Positions 36,256-49,345 of a stretch of DNA of 64,000 nt are shown here, in pieces. Positions within the stretch are counted from its first letter, which is position 1; each line of letters starts with the position of its first letter. This DNA is from Amoebidium appalachense. Its lineage: Eukaryota > Protista > Ichthyosporea. A program made the translations under genes and the position numbers. The stretch is from positions 990,054 through 1,054,053 of the forward strand of contig CAVNZM010000001.1 of assembly GCA_963693365.1 (NCBI GenBank), in the 5' to 3' direction. The notes below the pieces were generated by a model. It did no database searches. It was not told where the DNA came from and saw nothing but the letters and a program-made list of their open reading frames with translations.

Positions 36256-39200
36256 TGTCATCTTCACTTGATTCTCGGCAAGACTTAGAAGTTGAGTTTT
36301 GTATTTGTTTATTAGTTTGTTGTAGTTTGTTTCCTTTTCCTTTCTTCCTTTCTTTCTTTCCTTTCTGTTTCCGTGTACACCGATATCTTAGATCTGTGTA
36401 CGTATCGACATACTTAGCTGGCGCACACGTATTGTCGTTTGTGTCAAATCTATATATGTCATCCAATCAAATCTCGTTTGTATTTTCCCAAATATAGTAA
36501 CTTACATTCCTTTCCCATTCCTTTCTCACGACGTAGCATTGTGCTATGTTCTCCAACTATTAGGAATACTTAATATTTTATTAGAAGTATCTTTCATTAG
36601 AGGATTGTATTCTATATTCTATGTGTCGACAGACATTTTGATCGATATATTTTACACTCATAGTTTTCGTCTTTCTGATTGGAAAATAGAGTTTTCGTTC
36701 TTTTGATTGGTTTATCGTTTTCACATTTTCACGTCTGCTCCGACATTGAACGTCTCTAGATCTGCTCCGACTACTGGATGAACAACAAGGCCTACCCGTC
36801 CTTCAACCAGCTCATCAGTGACATCCGAGGAGCTGAAATCCGTGCCGGCCTAATCGACGCAGGCAAGGGTCCTCTTCGAGCACTTCAGAGCCGAGTGCTT
36901 CCCCCCGGTGACCTCCGTAACCGTATCCCTCGACGTGAGCATACACCTCACCGTTCCCCGTCCCGTTCCCGTGATCCTCCTCCGTCCTCCAAGTCACCCG
37001 GCCCCCGTTCAACTTCCCCTTACCATCGTGGTAACAGGGACAACCGTAACCGACAGCACAACACCAAGAAGGTGGAGTGTTCCTACTGCCATGAGCACCA
37101 CCACATCACAGCATGCCCGGAGCCTGGCTGTGCTGTTGCTTGTCGTGCCAAGCAGGAGAAAGGCAACAAGAGTGTGCAATTTGCACTCATCTCCTCCACC
37201 GGCACACCCGAACGTGACGACCCCGTCTGGGACAGTGCTTGTAATGCACACATCTGCCCCGTCAAGGAGTATTTCTCCTCCCTTACCCCGTGTCCTCCCA
37301 CCCCCATTCACGGCCTCGGCACCGTCAATGCCACACACCGTGGCATCATCAACCTGACACTGCACTACAACGGCCACTCAACCCCGTGCAGCATCAATGC
37401 TTTCTACATATCCGAGTCACCGTCTTTCCTCGTGTCTACCTCCATGGCCTCAACTGCCGGCCTCCTGGGTCATTGTGACGATGCAGACAACCACCCGTCG
37501 TTCCTCTACAGCCGTAATGGTGACATCATTTCCGATCTCACCCCCCTCAACGGTCTCTACTACATCACTGACTATGTGATTGACACTCCTCAACACCCGT
37601 GGGTCCAAGCCTGCACAGCAAGGACTCAACCAACCGACGACCTCACCCTTTCGCACAACCGTCTCGGCCACCGTGCCCTATCCACCGTCACCAGGATGGC
37701 CAAGGATGAGCTTGTCATTGGCATGCCCCCCTCCCTCAAGTCACCCGACAACAGTGACTGCTTCGGCTGCATGTCTGGCAAGACCACCAAGGCTCCATTT
37801 CCCGGGCACCCGTTCCCGGTTCACCATCCCCGGTGCTAAGTGGCACCTGGACTTCTTCGAAGCTCCCTGTGCTTCCTATGGAGGCTACAAGGTTGCTCTG
37901 GTGTGTGTTTGTGATGCCACCGGTTACACCACCGTGTTCCCCCTCTACGACCGTGGTGAAACCCTCAGCTACATTCAGTCTCTCGTTGAAACCATCGAAC
38001 GTCAGACACCTGAGATCGTCACGCATCTTCGGTTTGACTCCGGCTCTGAGTTCACCTCCAGGGACACTGAGGCCTACTGCAAGCAGAAAGGCATCATCAT
38101 CGAGTTTGCCCCCGTCGACACACCACAGCACAATAGAGTTGTTGAACGGAAGATGAGAGAACTGCAAGAGACAGTCCGTTGCTTCCTCCATGCCGACAAG
38201 GACCAACCTCTCTCTCCCAAGTTGTGGGTTGCTGCTCTCAAGCATGCTGGCTACATCATCAACGTCACACCGTCATCTGCTGCCAACGGCAACACTCCCT
38301 TCGAGGCCTTCCACGGCTTCAAACCCGACGTCTCCCAGCTCCACGTGTTCGGCTCCCCTGCCTATGTGCATGTTCCCCGATCCAAGAGGAACAAGCTGGC
38401 ATCAACCGTCAGAGTTGGCACCTACGTCGGCTGGGATCTGCCCTCCAAGGCACACAAGATCCTCGACCGTGCCAGCAACCAAGTCAAGATCTGCCGTGAC
38501 GTCATCTTCGACGAGTCAAAATTCATGAGCAGCACCAATCAGGTCCCCGATCCCCCCAAACCCGATCTGCCGACATTGGACCCCCCCTCCGACGACGACG
38601 ATGAAACTCCGTCTGTGGTCATCTCCCAACCGTCCTGGCACAACCAACCAGCCCCGGTTGAACCCGTGCCTCCCCCGAGCCCCCCCCCCCCCACTGGCCA
38701 ACGTCAACCCTTGCTGCCGGCCCCCCCCGTTGCTGTGCATCAACCCGGCTACATGACCCCGGTTCGTCCTGGGTCCCCCACCTTCCACTCGGCCTCGAGC
38801 AGCCCTGTGGACACCGATGCCCCCCTCACCACCGGTCCTATTCCTGGCTTCGATGCCCCTGTCCCGGCCTACAACACTTCCCCGTCCTCCACCCCCCTCA
38901 AGGACCCCCCCAAGCCCAACCTTCGTCGGTCTGCACGTCTCACCAAGCCTCCAACGGCACTGGTCAGCATCACAGCACCGACCATCAACATTGACCAACT
39001 CCCCAAGGGCATTCAAAAGCTTTGCAACGGTCCCAACGGTGATGCCGTCATAGCTGCCCTTGTACAGCCCTCACCTCCGAGTTCCAAGCCTTCATCACCA
39101 AGGATGTCTTCACCGTCGTTGATCCCCCCCCTGATGCCAACATCATCAAGTTCAAGTGGATTGTGACTGAGAAAGTCCTCAACAGACACCAAGATCAAGG

Positions 39201-41232
39201 CTCGTGGTGTTGCAAAGGGCTTCACTCAAGTCTACGGTGTTGACTACGGTGACACCTCTTCCCCCGTGGTGATGTCCTCCTCCGTCCGTGCCCACCTTGC
39301 CATCGGTGTGGACGGCAACCATGAGATTCATGAACTCGACATCTCAACGGCCTTCCTCAACAGTCCTCTTCAAGAAGACATCTACATTGAGCCACCACCT
39401 GGCTTCATCACCCCCGGCAACGAGCACAAGGTCTGGAAACTCAAGAAGGCACTCTACGGCCTCAAGCAAGCTTCACTGGCCTGGTATGAGTACTTCGACA
39501 AGGTCCTCCTTGCTCACGGTCTCGAACGTCTCCGTTCAGATCCATGTGTCTACATCAAGACCTTCCCCAACGGTGACATCATCCTCACTGGCAACTGATG
39601 AAGTCATCCCTCTGCAAGGTTGACCTCCCCGACATCTTCCTCGGCACCCAGCTCATCCACACCCCCGGTCACCTCAAGCTGCTTCAACAGTCCTACATCA
39701 ACGACATCGTCAGAGACTTCAACCTCAACGATGCCCACCCCAAGGCTACTCCCATTCCCGTCGGCACCGTCATCACCATCAACGAGAACGACTCACCAAC
39801 CATCAAGGTTCCCTACCGTGAACTACTCGGCCGTCTTTTGTGGGTTGCTCGTTGTTCCCGGCCCGACATCTCCTTTGCAATCGGCTACCTCGGTAGATTC
39901 AGTGCCCACCCCACCAAACTTGCATGGGAATGTCTACTCCGTGTAGTTCGGTACCTCATCGGCACTTCCAACCATCGGTGTGGACGGCAACCATGAGATT
40001 CATCAACTCGACGTCTCAACGGCCTTCCTCAACAGTCCCCTTCAAGAAGACGTCTACATTGAGCCACCATCTGGCTTCATCACTCCCGGCAACGAGCACA
40101 AGGTCTGGAAACTCAAGAAGGCACTCTACGGCCTCAAGCAAGCTTCACTGGCCTGGTATGAGTACTTCCACAAGGTCCTCCTTGCTCACGGTCTCGAACG
40201 TCTCCGTTCAGACCCATGTCTCTACATCAAGACCTTCAGTTCCCCAACGGTGACATCATCCTCACTGGCAACTATGTGGACGACGTCATCATCATCTGCA
40301 CGGCCGACTCTTCCCACACCAAGGATCTAGTTGACCACATCATGAAGTCAGCTCTCTGCAAGGTCGACCTCCCCGACATCTTCCTCGGCACCGGCAGCTC
40401 ATCCACACCCCCGGTCACCTCAAGCTGCTTCAACAGTCCTACATCAACGACATCGTCAGAGACTTCAACCTCAACGATGCCCACCCCAAGGCTACTCCCA
40501 TTCCCGTCGGCACCGTCATCACCATCAACGAGAACGACTCACCAACCATCAAGGTTCCCTACCGTGAACTACTCGGCCGTCTTTTGTGGGTTGCTCGTTG
40601 TTCCCGACCCGACATCTCCTTTGCCATCGGCTACCATGGTAGATTCAGTGCCCACCCCACCAAACTTGCATGGGAATGTCTACTCCGTGTAGTTCGGTAC
40701 CTCATCGGCACTTCCAACCTCGGCCTTCACTACGACAAGTCTGCATCCGACGACAACACCCCCTTGCTGGAATGTTATTCTGATGCCGACTTTGCCAACT
40801 GCCCCAACACCCGTTGTTCAACCACCGGATACGTCATCTTCTTCAAGGGCATACCCATCACATGGTATTCGAAGCTGCAGTCCATCACGGCAACATCCAC
40901 CACCGAGGCTGAGCTTCTGGCCATCAATGCTGCTGTTCAAAACGTCATCTGGCACCGTGATCTCCTCCGTGAACTCGGCTACCCAATGACCGACCCCACC
41001 CCCGTCTACTGTGACAACCAGTCCACCATTGCCCTCCTGCACACCAACAGCATCAAGCACCTGACCAAACACATTGCTGTCCGGTACCACAACACGAAGG
41101 ACTACATCAAGAGTGGGGATGTGGTCGTCACCTACGTGTCCACCAAAGACAACATGGCCGACATCTTCACCAAGCCCCTGCCCGGGCCCTCCCACGAGCA
41201 GCACCGTGCTTCACTCAGTCTTCATGACTGAG

Positions 41233-41263
<31 letters not shown>

Positions 41264-41958
41264 TCCCCCCGGTTCATCTACAGTGGTCTTCATGTAGGTT
41301 GGGGCCCTGGCCAGTGGTCTACACATCACTGTGTAGAGACACCTCCCAACGAAAGCTACTGCTGTCTTCATCAATCTTCAGTGTGTGCATCTTCAGTGGG
41401 GATTTCTTCTCCACCATCCGTCGTTTATTTATATACCATCATATATATTGGGTTTCTTTTATATTCGACTTATATATCTGTCGAACTGGGATGGCGTCCC
41501 AGTATAAATATTTATCTATAGCCATGGCGTGCTGGTTGACTGCCAGTCTAAACCTAGTCCTCGGGATGCTCATTCCCCGTGTCTTAACTGGTTGACCACC
41601 AGTCTATAAATCAGTCCACAAGATGTTCATGCCTTGTGTTTATCTGGGTGGTCCCCAGTATAAATCATTAGCCACCAACACATCACACATACACTAGTTG
41701 TTTTCTTCTATATATATTCATATATCGTCATTGGCTACCTTCATGTTCCGAGTCTTCAGAGGCAACCGTCGTTGTGTGCTTCTTCCGTTTTGGTTTTCTT
41801 CCCCGGCTTGCACCTTCAAGTCTTCTCCATTGTCTTCTCGAGTGGGGAAACTTGACTGTGACTTCACGGCACCTGCTTCTACATGTGTGAGAGTCTTAAC
41901 ATCAACAGTCACATCAACAAACTTCACGAGAACCCAACTTCCAACCCTTGAGTGGGGA
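36256..41958 (+). mobile_element. Defective family B copia, copy 1 (gag-pol pseudogene 36778-41231)
   Basis: CSYC knuckle, WDSA protease, HNRLGH..CFGC, integrase D-D-E, YGLKQAS, YVDD, ADIFTKPL; PPT at 41950; LTR end, PBS and 5' gag deleted. Confidence 0.94.
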
Positions 41959-44900
41959 TGTCATCTTCACTTAATTCTCAGCAAGACTTAGAAGTTGAGT
42001 TTTGTATTTGTTTATTAGTTTGTTGTAGTTTGTTTCCTTTTCCTTTCTTCCTTTCTTTCTTTCCTTTCTGTTTCCGTGTACACCGAGATCTTAGATCTGT
42101 GTACGTATCGAGATACTTAGCTGGCGCACACGTATTGTCGTTTGTGTCAAATCTATATATGTCATCCAATCAAATCTCGTTTGTAATTTTCCCAAATATA
42201 GTAACTTACATTCCTTTCCCATTCCTTTCTCACGACGTAGCATTGTGCTATGTTCTCCAACTATTAGGAATACTTATATTTAGACGTGTTATGATAAGAA
42301 CATGTATAAACTTTGAATGTATGTTGTGAACTAATAGTTACATAAGTGGTTTCATTTTGTTAAATGTTTCCGTGCTTTTATTAGAAGTATCTTTCATTAG
42401 AGGATTGTATTCTATATTCTATGTGTCGACAGACATTTTGATCGATATATTTTACACTCATAGTTTTCGTCTTTCTGATTGGAAAATAGAGTTTTCGTTC
42501 TTTTGATTGGTTTATCGTTTTCACATTTTCACGTCTGCTCCGACATTGAACGTCTCTAGATCTGCTCCGACTACTGGATGAACAACAAGGCCTACCCCTA
42601 CCTTCAACCAGCTCATCAGTCACATCCGAGGAGCTGAAATCCGTGCCGGCCTAATCGACGCAGGCAAGGGTCCTCTTCGAGCACTTCAGAGCCGAGTGCT
42701 TCCCCCCGGTGACCTCCGTAACCGTATCCCTCGACGTGAGCATACACCTCACCGTTCCCCGTCCCGTTCCCGTGATCCTCCTCTGTCCTCCAAGTCACCC
42801 GGCCCCCGTTTAACTTCCCCTTACCATCGTGGTAACAGGGACAACCGTAACCGACAGCACAACACCAAGAAGGTGGAGTGTTCCTACTGCCATGAGCACC
42901 ACCACATCACAGCATGCCCGGAGCCTGGCTGTGCTGTTGCTTGTCGTGCCAAGCAGGAGAAAGGCAACAAGAGTGTGCAATTTGCACTCATCTCCTCCAC
43001 CGGCACACCCGAACGTGACGACCCCGTCTGGGACAGTGCTTGTAATGCACACATCTGCCCCGTCAAGGAGTATTTCTCCTCCCTTACCCCGTGTCCTCCC
43101 ACCCCCATTCACGGCCTCGGCACCGTCAATGCCACACACCGTGGCATCATCAACCTGACACTGCACTACAACGGCCACTCAACCCCGTGCAGCATCAATG
43201 CTTTCTACGTATCCGAGTCACCGTCTTTCCTCGTGTCTACCTCCATGGCCTCAACTGCCGGCCTCCTGGGTCATTGTGACGATGCAGACAACCACCCGTC
43301 GTTCCTCTACAGCCGTAATGGTGACATCATTTCCGATCTCACCCCCCTCAACGGTCTCTACTACATCACTGACAACGGCCACTCAACCCCGTGCAGCATC
43401 AATGCTTTCTACGTACCCGAGTCACCGTCTTTCCTCGTGTCTACCTCCATGGCCTCAACTGCCGGCCTCCTGGGTCATTGTGAAGATGCAGACAACCACC
43501 CGTCGTTCCTCTACAGCCGTAATGGTGACATCATTTCCGATCTCACCCCCCTCAACGGTCTCTACTACATCACTGACTATGTGATTGACACTCCTCAACA
43601 CCCGTGGGTCCAAGCCTGCACAGCAAGGACTCGACCAACCGACGACCTCACCCTTTGGCACAACCGTCTCGGCCACCGTGCCCTATCCACCGTCACCAGG
43701 ATGGCCAAGGATGAGCTTGTCATCGGCATGCCCCCCTCCCTCAAGTCACCCGACAACAGTGACTGCTTCGGCTGCATGTCTGGCAAGACCACCAAGGCTC
43801 CATTTTCCGGCACCCGTTCCCGGTTCACCATCCCCGGTGCTAAGTGGCACCTGCCAGTGGACTTCTTCGAAGCTCCCTGTGCTTCCTACGGAGGCTACAA
43901 GGTTGCTCTGGTGTGTGTTTGTGATGCCACCGGTTACACCACCGTGTTCCCCCTCTACGACCGTGGTGAAACCCTCAGCTACATTCAGTCTCTCGTTGAA
44001 ACCATCGAACGTCAGACACCTGAGATCGTCACCCATCTTCGGTTTGACTCCGGCTCTGAGTTCACCTCCAGGGACACCGAGGCCTACTGCAAGCAGAAAG
44101 GCATCATCATCGAGTTTGCCCCCGTCGACACACCACAGCACAACGGTGTTGTTGAACGGAAGATGAGAGAACTGCAAGAGACAGTCCGTTACTTCCTCCA
44201 TGCCGACAAGGACCAACCTCTCTCTCCCAAGTTGTGGGTTGCTGCTCTCAAGCATGCTGGCTACATCATCAACGTCACACCGTCATCTGCTGCCAACGGC
44301 AACACTCCCTTCGAGGCCTTCCACGGCTTCAAACCCGACGTCTCCCAGCTCCACGTGTTCGGCTCCCCTGCCTATGTGCATGTTCCCCGATCCAAGAGGA
44401 ACAAGCTGGCATCAACCGTCAGAGTCGGCACCTACGTCGGCTGGGATCTGCCCTCCATGGCACATAAGATCCTCGACCGTGCCAGCAACCAAGTCAAGAT
44501 CTGCCGTGACGTCATCTTCGACGAGTCAAAATTCATGAGCAGCACCAATCAGGTCCCCGATCCCCCCAAACCCGATCTGCCGACATTGAACCCCCCCTCC
44601 GACGACGACGATGAAACTCCGTCTGTGGTCATCTCCCAACCGTCCTGGCACAACCAAGCAGCCCCGGTTGAACCCGTGCCTCCCCCGAGCCCCCCCCCAC
44701 TGGCCAACAACCCTTGCTGCCGGCCCCCCCCGTTGCTGTGCATCACCCCGGCTACATGACCCCGGTTCGTCCTGGGTCCCCCACCTTCCACTCGGCCTCG
44801 AGCAGCCCTGTGGACACCGATGCCCCCCTCACCACCGGTCCTATTCCTGGCTTCGATGCCCCTGTCCGGGCCTACAACACTTCCCCCGTCCTCCACCCCC

Positions 44901-47303
44901 CTCAAGGACCCCCCCAAGCCCAACCTTCGTCGGTCTGCACGTCTCACCAAGCCTCCAACGGCACTGGTCAGCATCACAGCACCGAACATCAACATTGACC
45001 AACTCCCCAAGGGCATTCAAAAGCTTTGCAACGGTCCCAACGGTGATGCCGTCATAGCTGCCCTTGTACAGCCCTCACCTCCGAGTTCCAAGCCTTCATC
45101 ACCAAGGATGTCTTCACCGTCGTTGATCCCCCCCCTGATGCCAACATCATCAAGTTCAAGTGGATTGTGACTGAGAAAGTCCTCAACAGACACCAAGATC
45201 AAGGCTCGTGGTGTTGCAAAGGGCTTCACTCAAGTCTACGGTGTTGACTACGGTGACACCTCTTCCCCCGTGGTGATGTCCTCCTCCGTCCGTGCCCTCC
45301 TTGCCATCGGTGTGGACGGCAACCATGAGATTCATGAACTCGACATCTCAACGGCCTTCCTCAACAGTCCTCTTCAAGAAGACATCTACATTGAGCCACC
45401 ACCTGGCTTCATCACCCCCGGCAACGAGCACAAGGTCTGGAAACTCAAGAAGGCACTCTACGGCCTCAAGCAAGCTTCACTGGCCTGGTATGAGTACTTC
45501 GACAAGGTCCTCCTTGCTCACGGTCTCGAACGTCTCCGTTCAGATCCATGTGTCTACATCAAGACCTTCCCCAACGGTGACATCATCCTCACTGGCAACT
45601 ATGTGGACGACGTCATCATCATCTGCACGGCCAACTCTTCCCACACCAAGGATCTAGTAGACCACATCATGAAGTCATCCCTCTGCAAGGTTGACCTCCC
45701 CGACATCTTCCTCGGCACCCAGCTCATCCACACCCCCGGTCACCTCAAGCTGCTTCAACAGTCCTACATCAACGACATCGTCAGAGACTTCAACCTCAAC
45801 GATGCCCACCCCAAGGCTACTCCCATTCCCGTCGGCACCGTCATCACCATCAACGAGAACGACTCACCAACCATCAAGGTTCCCTACCGTGAACTACTCG
45901 GCCGTCTTTTGTGGGTTGCTCGTTGTTCCCGGCCCGACATCTCCTTTGCCATCGGCTACCTCGGTAGATTCAGTGCCCACCCCACCAAACTTGCATGGGA
46001 ATGTCTACTCCGTGTAGTTCGGTACCTCATCGGCACTTCCAACCATCGGTGTGGACGGCAACCATGAGATTCATCAACTCGACGTCTCAACGGCCTTTAT
46101 CAACAGTCCCCTTCAAGAAGACATCTACATTGAGCTACCATCTGGCTTCATCACTCCCGGCAACGAGCACAAGGTCTGGAAACTCAAGAAGGCACTCTAC
46201 GGCCTCAAGCAAGCTTCACTGGCCTGGTATGAGTACTTCGACAAGGTCCTCCTTGCTCACGGTCTCGAACGTCTCCGTTCAGACCCATGTCTCTACATCA
46301 AGACCTTCCCCAACGGTGACATCATCCTCACTGGCAACTATGTGGACGACGTCATCATCATCTGCACGGCCGACTCGTCCCACACCAAGGATCTAGTTGA
46401 CCACATCATGAAGTCAGCTCTCTGCAAGGTCGACCTCCCCGACATCTTCCTCGGCACCCAGCTCATCCACACCCGCGGTCACCTCAAGCTGCTTCAACAG
46501 TCCTACATCAACGACATCGTCAGAGTCTCAGACTTCAATGGTCAACGATGCCCACCCCAAGGCTACTCCCATTCCCGTCGACACCGTCATCACCATCAAC
46601 GAGAACGACTCACCAACCATCAAGGTTCCCTACCGTGAACTACTCGGCCGTCTTTTGTGGGTTGCTCGTTGTTCCCGGCCCGACATCTCCTTTGTCATCG
46701 GCTACCTCGGTAGATTCAGTGCCCACCCCACCAAACTTGCATGGGAATGTCTACTCCGTGTAGTTCGGTACCTCATCGGCACATCCAACCTCGGCCTTCA
46801 CTACGACAAGTCTGCATCCGACGACAACACCCCCTTGCTTGAGTGTTATTCTGATGCTGACTTTGCCAACTGCCCCAACACCCGTCGTTCAACCACCGGA
46901 TACGTCATCTTCTTCAAGGGCATACCCATCACATGGTATTCGAAGCTGCAGTCCATCACGGCAACATCCACCACCGAGGCTGAGCTTCTGGCCATCAATG
47001 CTGCTGTTCAAAACGTCATCTGGCACCGTGATCTCCTCCGTGAACTCGGCTACCCAATGACCGACCCCACCCCCGTCTACTGTGACAACCAGTCCACCAT
47101 TGCCCTCCTGCACACCAACAGCATCAAGCACCGGACCAAACACATTGCTGTCCGGTACCACAACACGAAGGACTACATCAAGAGTGGGGATGTGGTCGTC
47201 ACCTACGTGTCCACCAAAGACAACGTGGCCGACATCTTCACCAAGCCCCTGCCCGGGCCCTCCCACGAGCAGCACCGTGCTTCACTCAGTCTTCATGACT
47301 GAG

Positions 47304-47339
<36 letters not shown>

Positions 47340-48014
47340 TCATCTACAGTGGTCTTCATGTAGGTTGGGGCCCTGGCCAGTGGTCTACACATCACTGTGT
47401 AGAGACACCTCCCAACGAAAGTCTACTGCTGTCTTCATCAATCTTCAGTGTGTGCATCTTCAGTGGGGATTTCTTCTCCACCATCCGTCGTTTATTTATA
47501 TACCATCATATATATTGGGTTTCTTTTATATTCGACTTATAGTTGACCACCAGTCTATAAATCAGTCCACAAGATGTTCATGCCTTGTGTTTATCTGGGT
47601 GGTCCCCAGTATAAATCATTAGCCACCAACACATCACACATACACTAGTTGTTTTCTTCTATATATATTCATATATCGTCATTGGCTACCGTCATGTTCC
47701 GAGTCTTCAGAGGCAACCGTCGTTGTGTGCTTCTTCCGTTTTGGTTTTCTTCCCCGGCTTGCACCTTCAAGTTTTCTCCATTGTCTTCTCGAGTGGGGAA
47801 ACTTGACTGTGACTTCACGGCACCTGCTTCTACATGTGTCAGAGTCTTAACATCAACAGTCACATCAACAAACTTCACGAGAACCCAACTTCCAACCCTT
47901 GAGTGGGGATGTCATCTTCACTTAATTCTCAGCAAGACTTAGAAGTTGAGTTTTGTATTTGTTTATTAGTTTGTTGTAGTTTGTTTCCTTTTCCTTTCTT
48001 CCTTTCTTTCTTTT
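41959..48014 (+). mobile_element. Defective family B copia, copy 2 (gag-pol pseudogene ~42579-47302); 3' LTR starts 47910
   Basis: Same domains and shared lesions as copy 1; extra 204-bp in-frame duplication at ~43170-43575. Confidence 0.94.
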
Positions 48015-49345
48015 TGTTAAATTATATACGTATTTGGGATGTAAGCAGAGACACAGTGGTGCAGTGTGAAAACACCACAGACACACAAAACACGGAACGA
48101 TCGGAGCAGTGTACACAACAGACATCAATGTTTAGACACGACTGAACTGAATTTATTCTGATCTTCGAATAAATACCTGAAATTCCTCTAAGTCCAATCC
48201 ATACATGATTTCCGACCAGTCGGAAATCAGATCCATCTCTAATAGAAACCAATCACTAAGAACCAATTGCTTTCTGAGAGATCCGGTACGCGGAGACGTA
48301 CACGATAGGACACAGACACTAGTTAAGATCAACTCGTGTCATCATCAAGGAAGTTCTAACCTATGACATACTGCAAAGACTCAGACATATCACACTTAAC
48401 CTTGATGATTGGTTAAAGCCCGGCAACACATGAAAACTAAAGTGAATTAATGAAGTCTAAACACACATGCTATTCTAAGTGTAGCCTAAGTGTGTTACCG
48501 TCCAATGAACACGTATTAACACAAATCTACCTAACATATATTAGTAGAAAAGAAATACGATTATACACATGAAGACAAGGAGAGAAAGAAAAGAAAATAA
48601 GGAAGGAGAAAGAGGAAGGAAAAGAGAGCACAGATCAACAAACAAGATAGTAATAGCATAACTATAACCAGAGATCTTTATGTACACACGAACATGTACA
48701 TGTCTCTCCCTGAGTGGGTGGATCCGTGTACACACATATAAATATTCTAATCGATATTACAACACACGATTAAAGCCGATACAAGACGATTACAAGTATA
48801 CAAGCATATCGGAGATCGATGCTACACTTTACATGATAGGAGTGTGGCATATACACTAAGCATATGAACTGAAACATAACACAAACTGAGAAGATCTTAC
48901 CATATGTAAAAACTACGTATTACAACATCCCCACTTAAGACTTTGAAGTTTGTGTTATCATATCCCCACTGAACTAGTGAAATCTCCGCACTTGAGAACA
49001 GAAACGAAGAAAAAAAAAAATTGAAGTGTGTACGTTTCCCGGGGGGGGGGGGGGGGGGGGGGGGGGGAGAAGGGGGGGGGGAGGGGGGGGAAGGGGGGGG
49101 GGAAAGGGGGGGGGGAGGGGGGGGAAGGAACCGGGGCAAAAACAACGAATATGTATAACGTGTATAGTCGGGGTTTGATTAACTGGGTTTTAAACCAGTG
49201 AAAGATAGAGTAGAGTCATGGTACAGGTCAAACCTTATATAAAAACCCTAAGTGGGCATACCCACAAAGGCAATATACATATGAAATAATGATTATGATA
49301 AAGTAAGTAGTAAACATCAGAAAATCACTCTTGAAGTAGGACGGG

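Larger units (their letters stand above)
24630..37440. repeat. Tandem array of 3 (plus partial) ~4165-bp chimeric TE units
   Basis: Same ORFs recur at offsets of 4161-4166 bp (e.g. 28451/32617/36778). Unit = copia-B gag/PR, YR-element piece, LTR-C, family C 3' region, LTR-D, truncated LTR-B. Confidence 0.95.
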
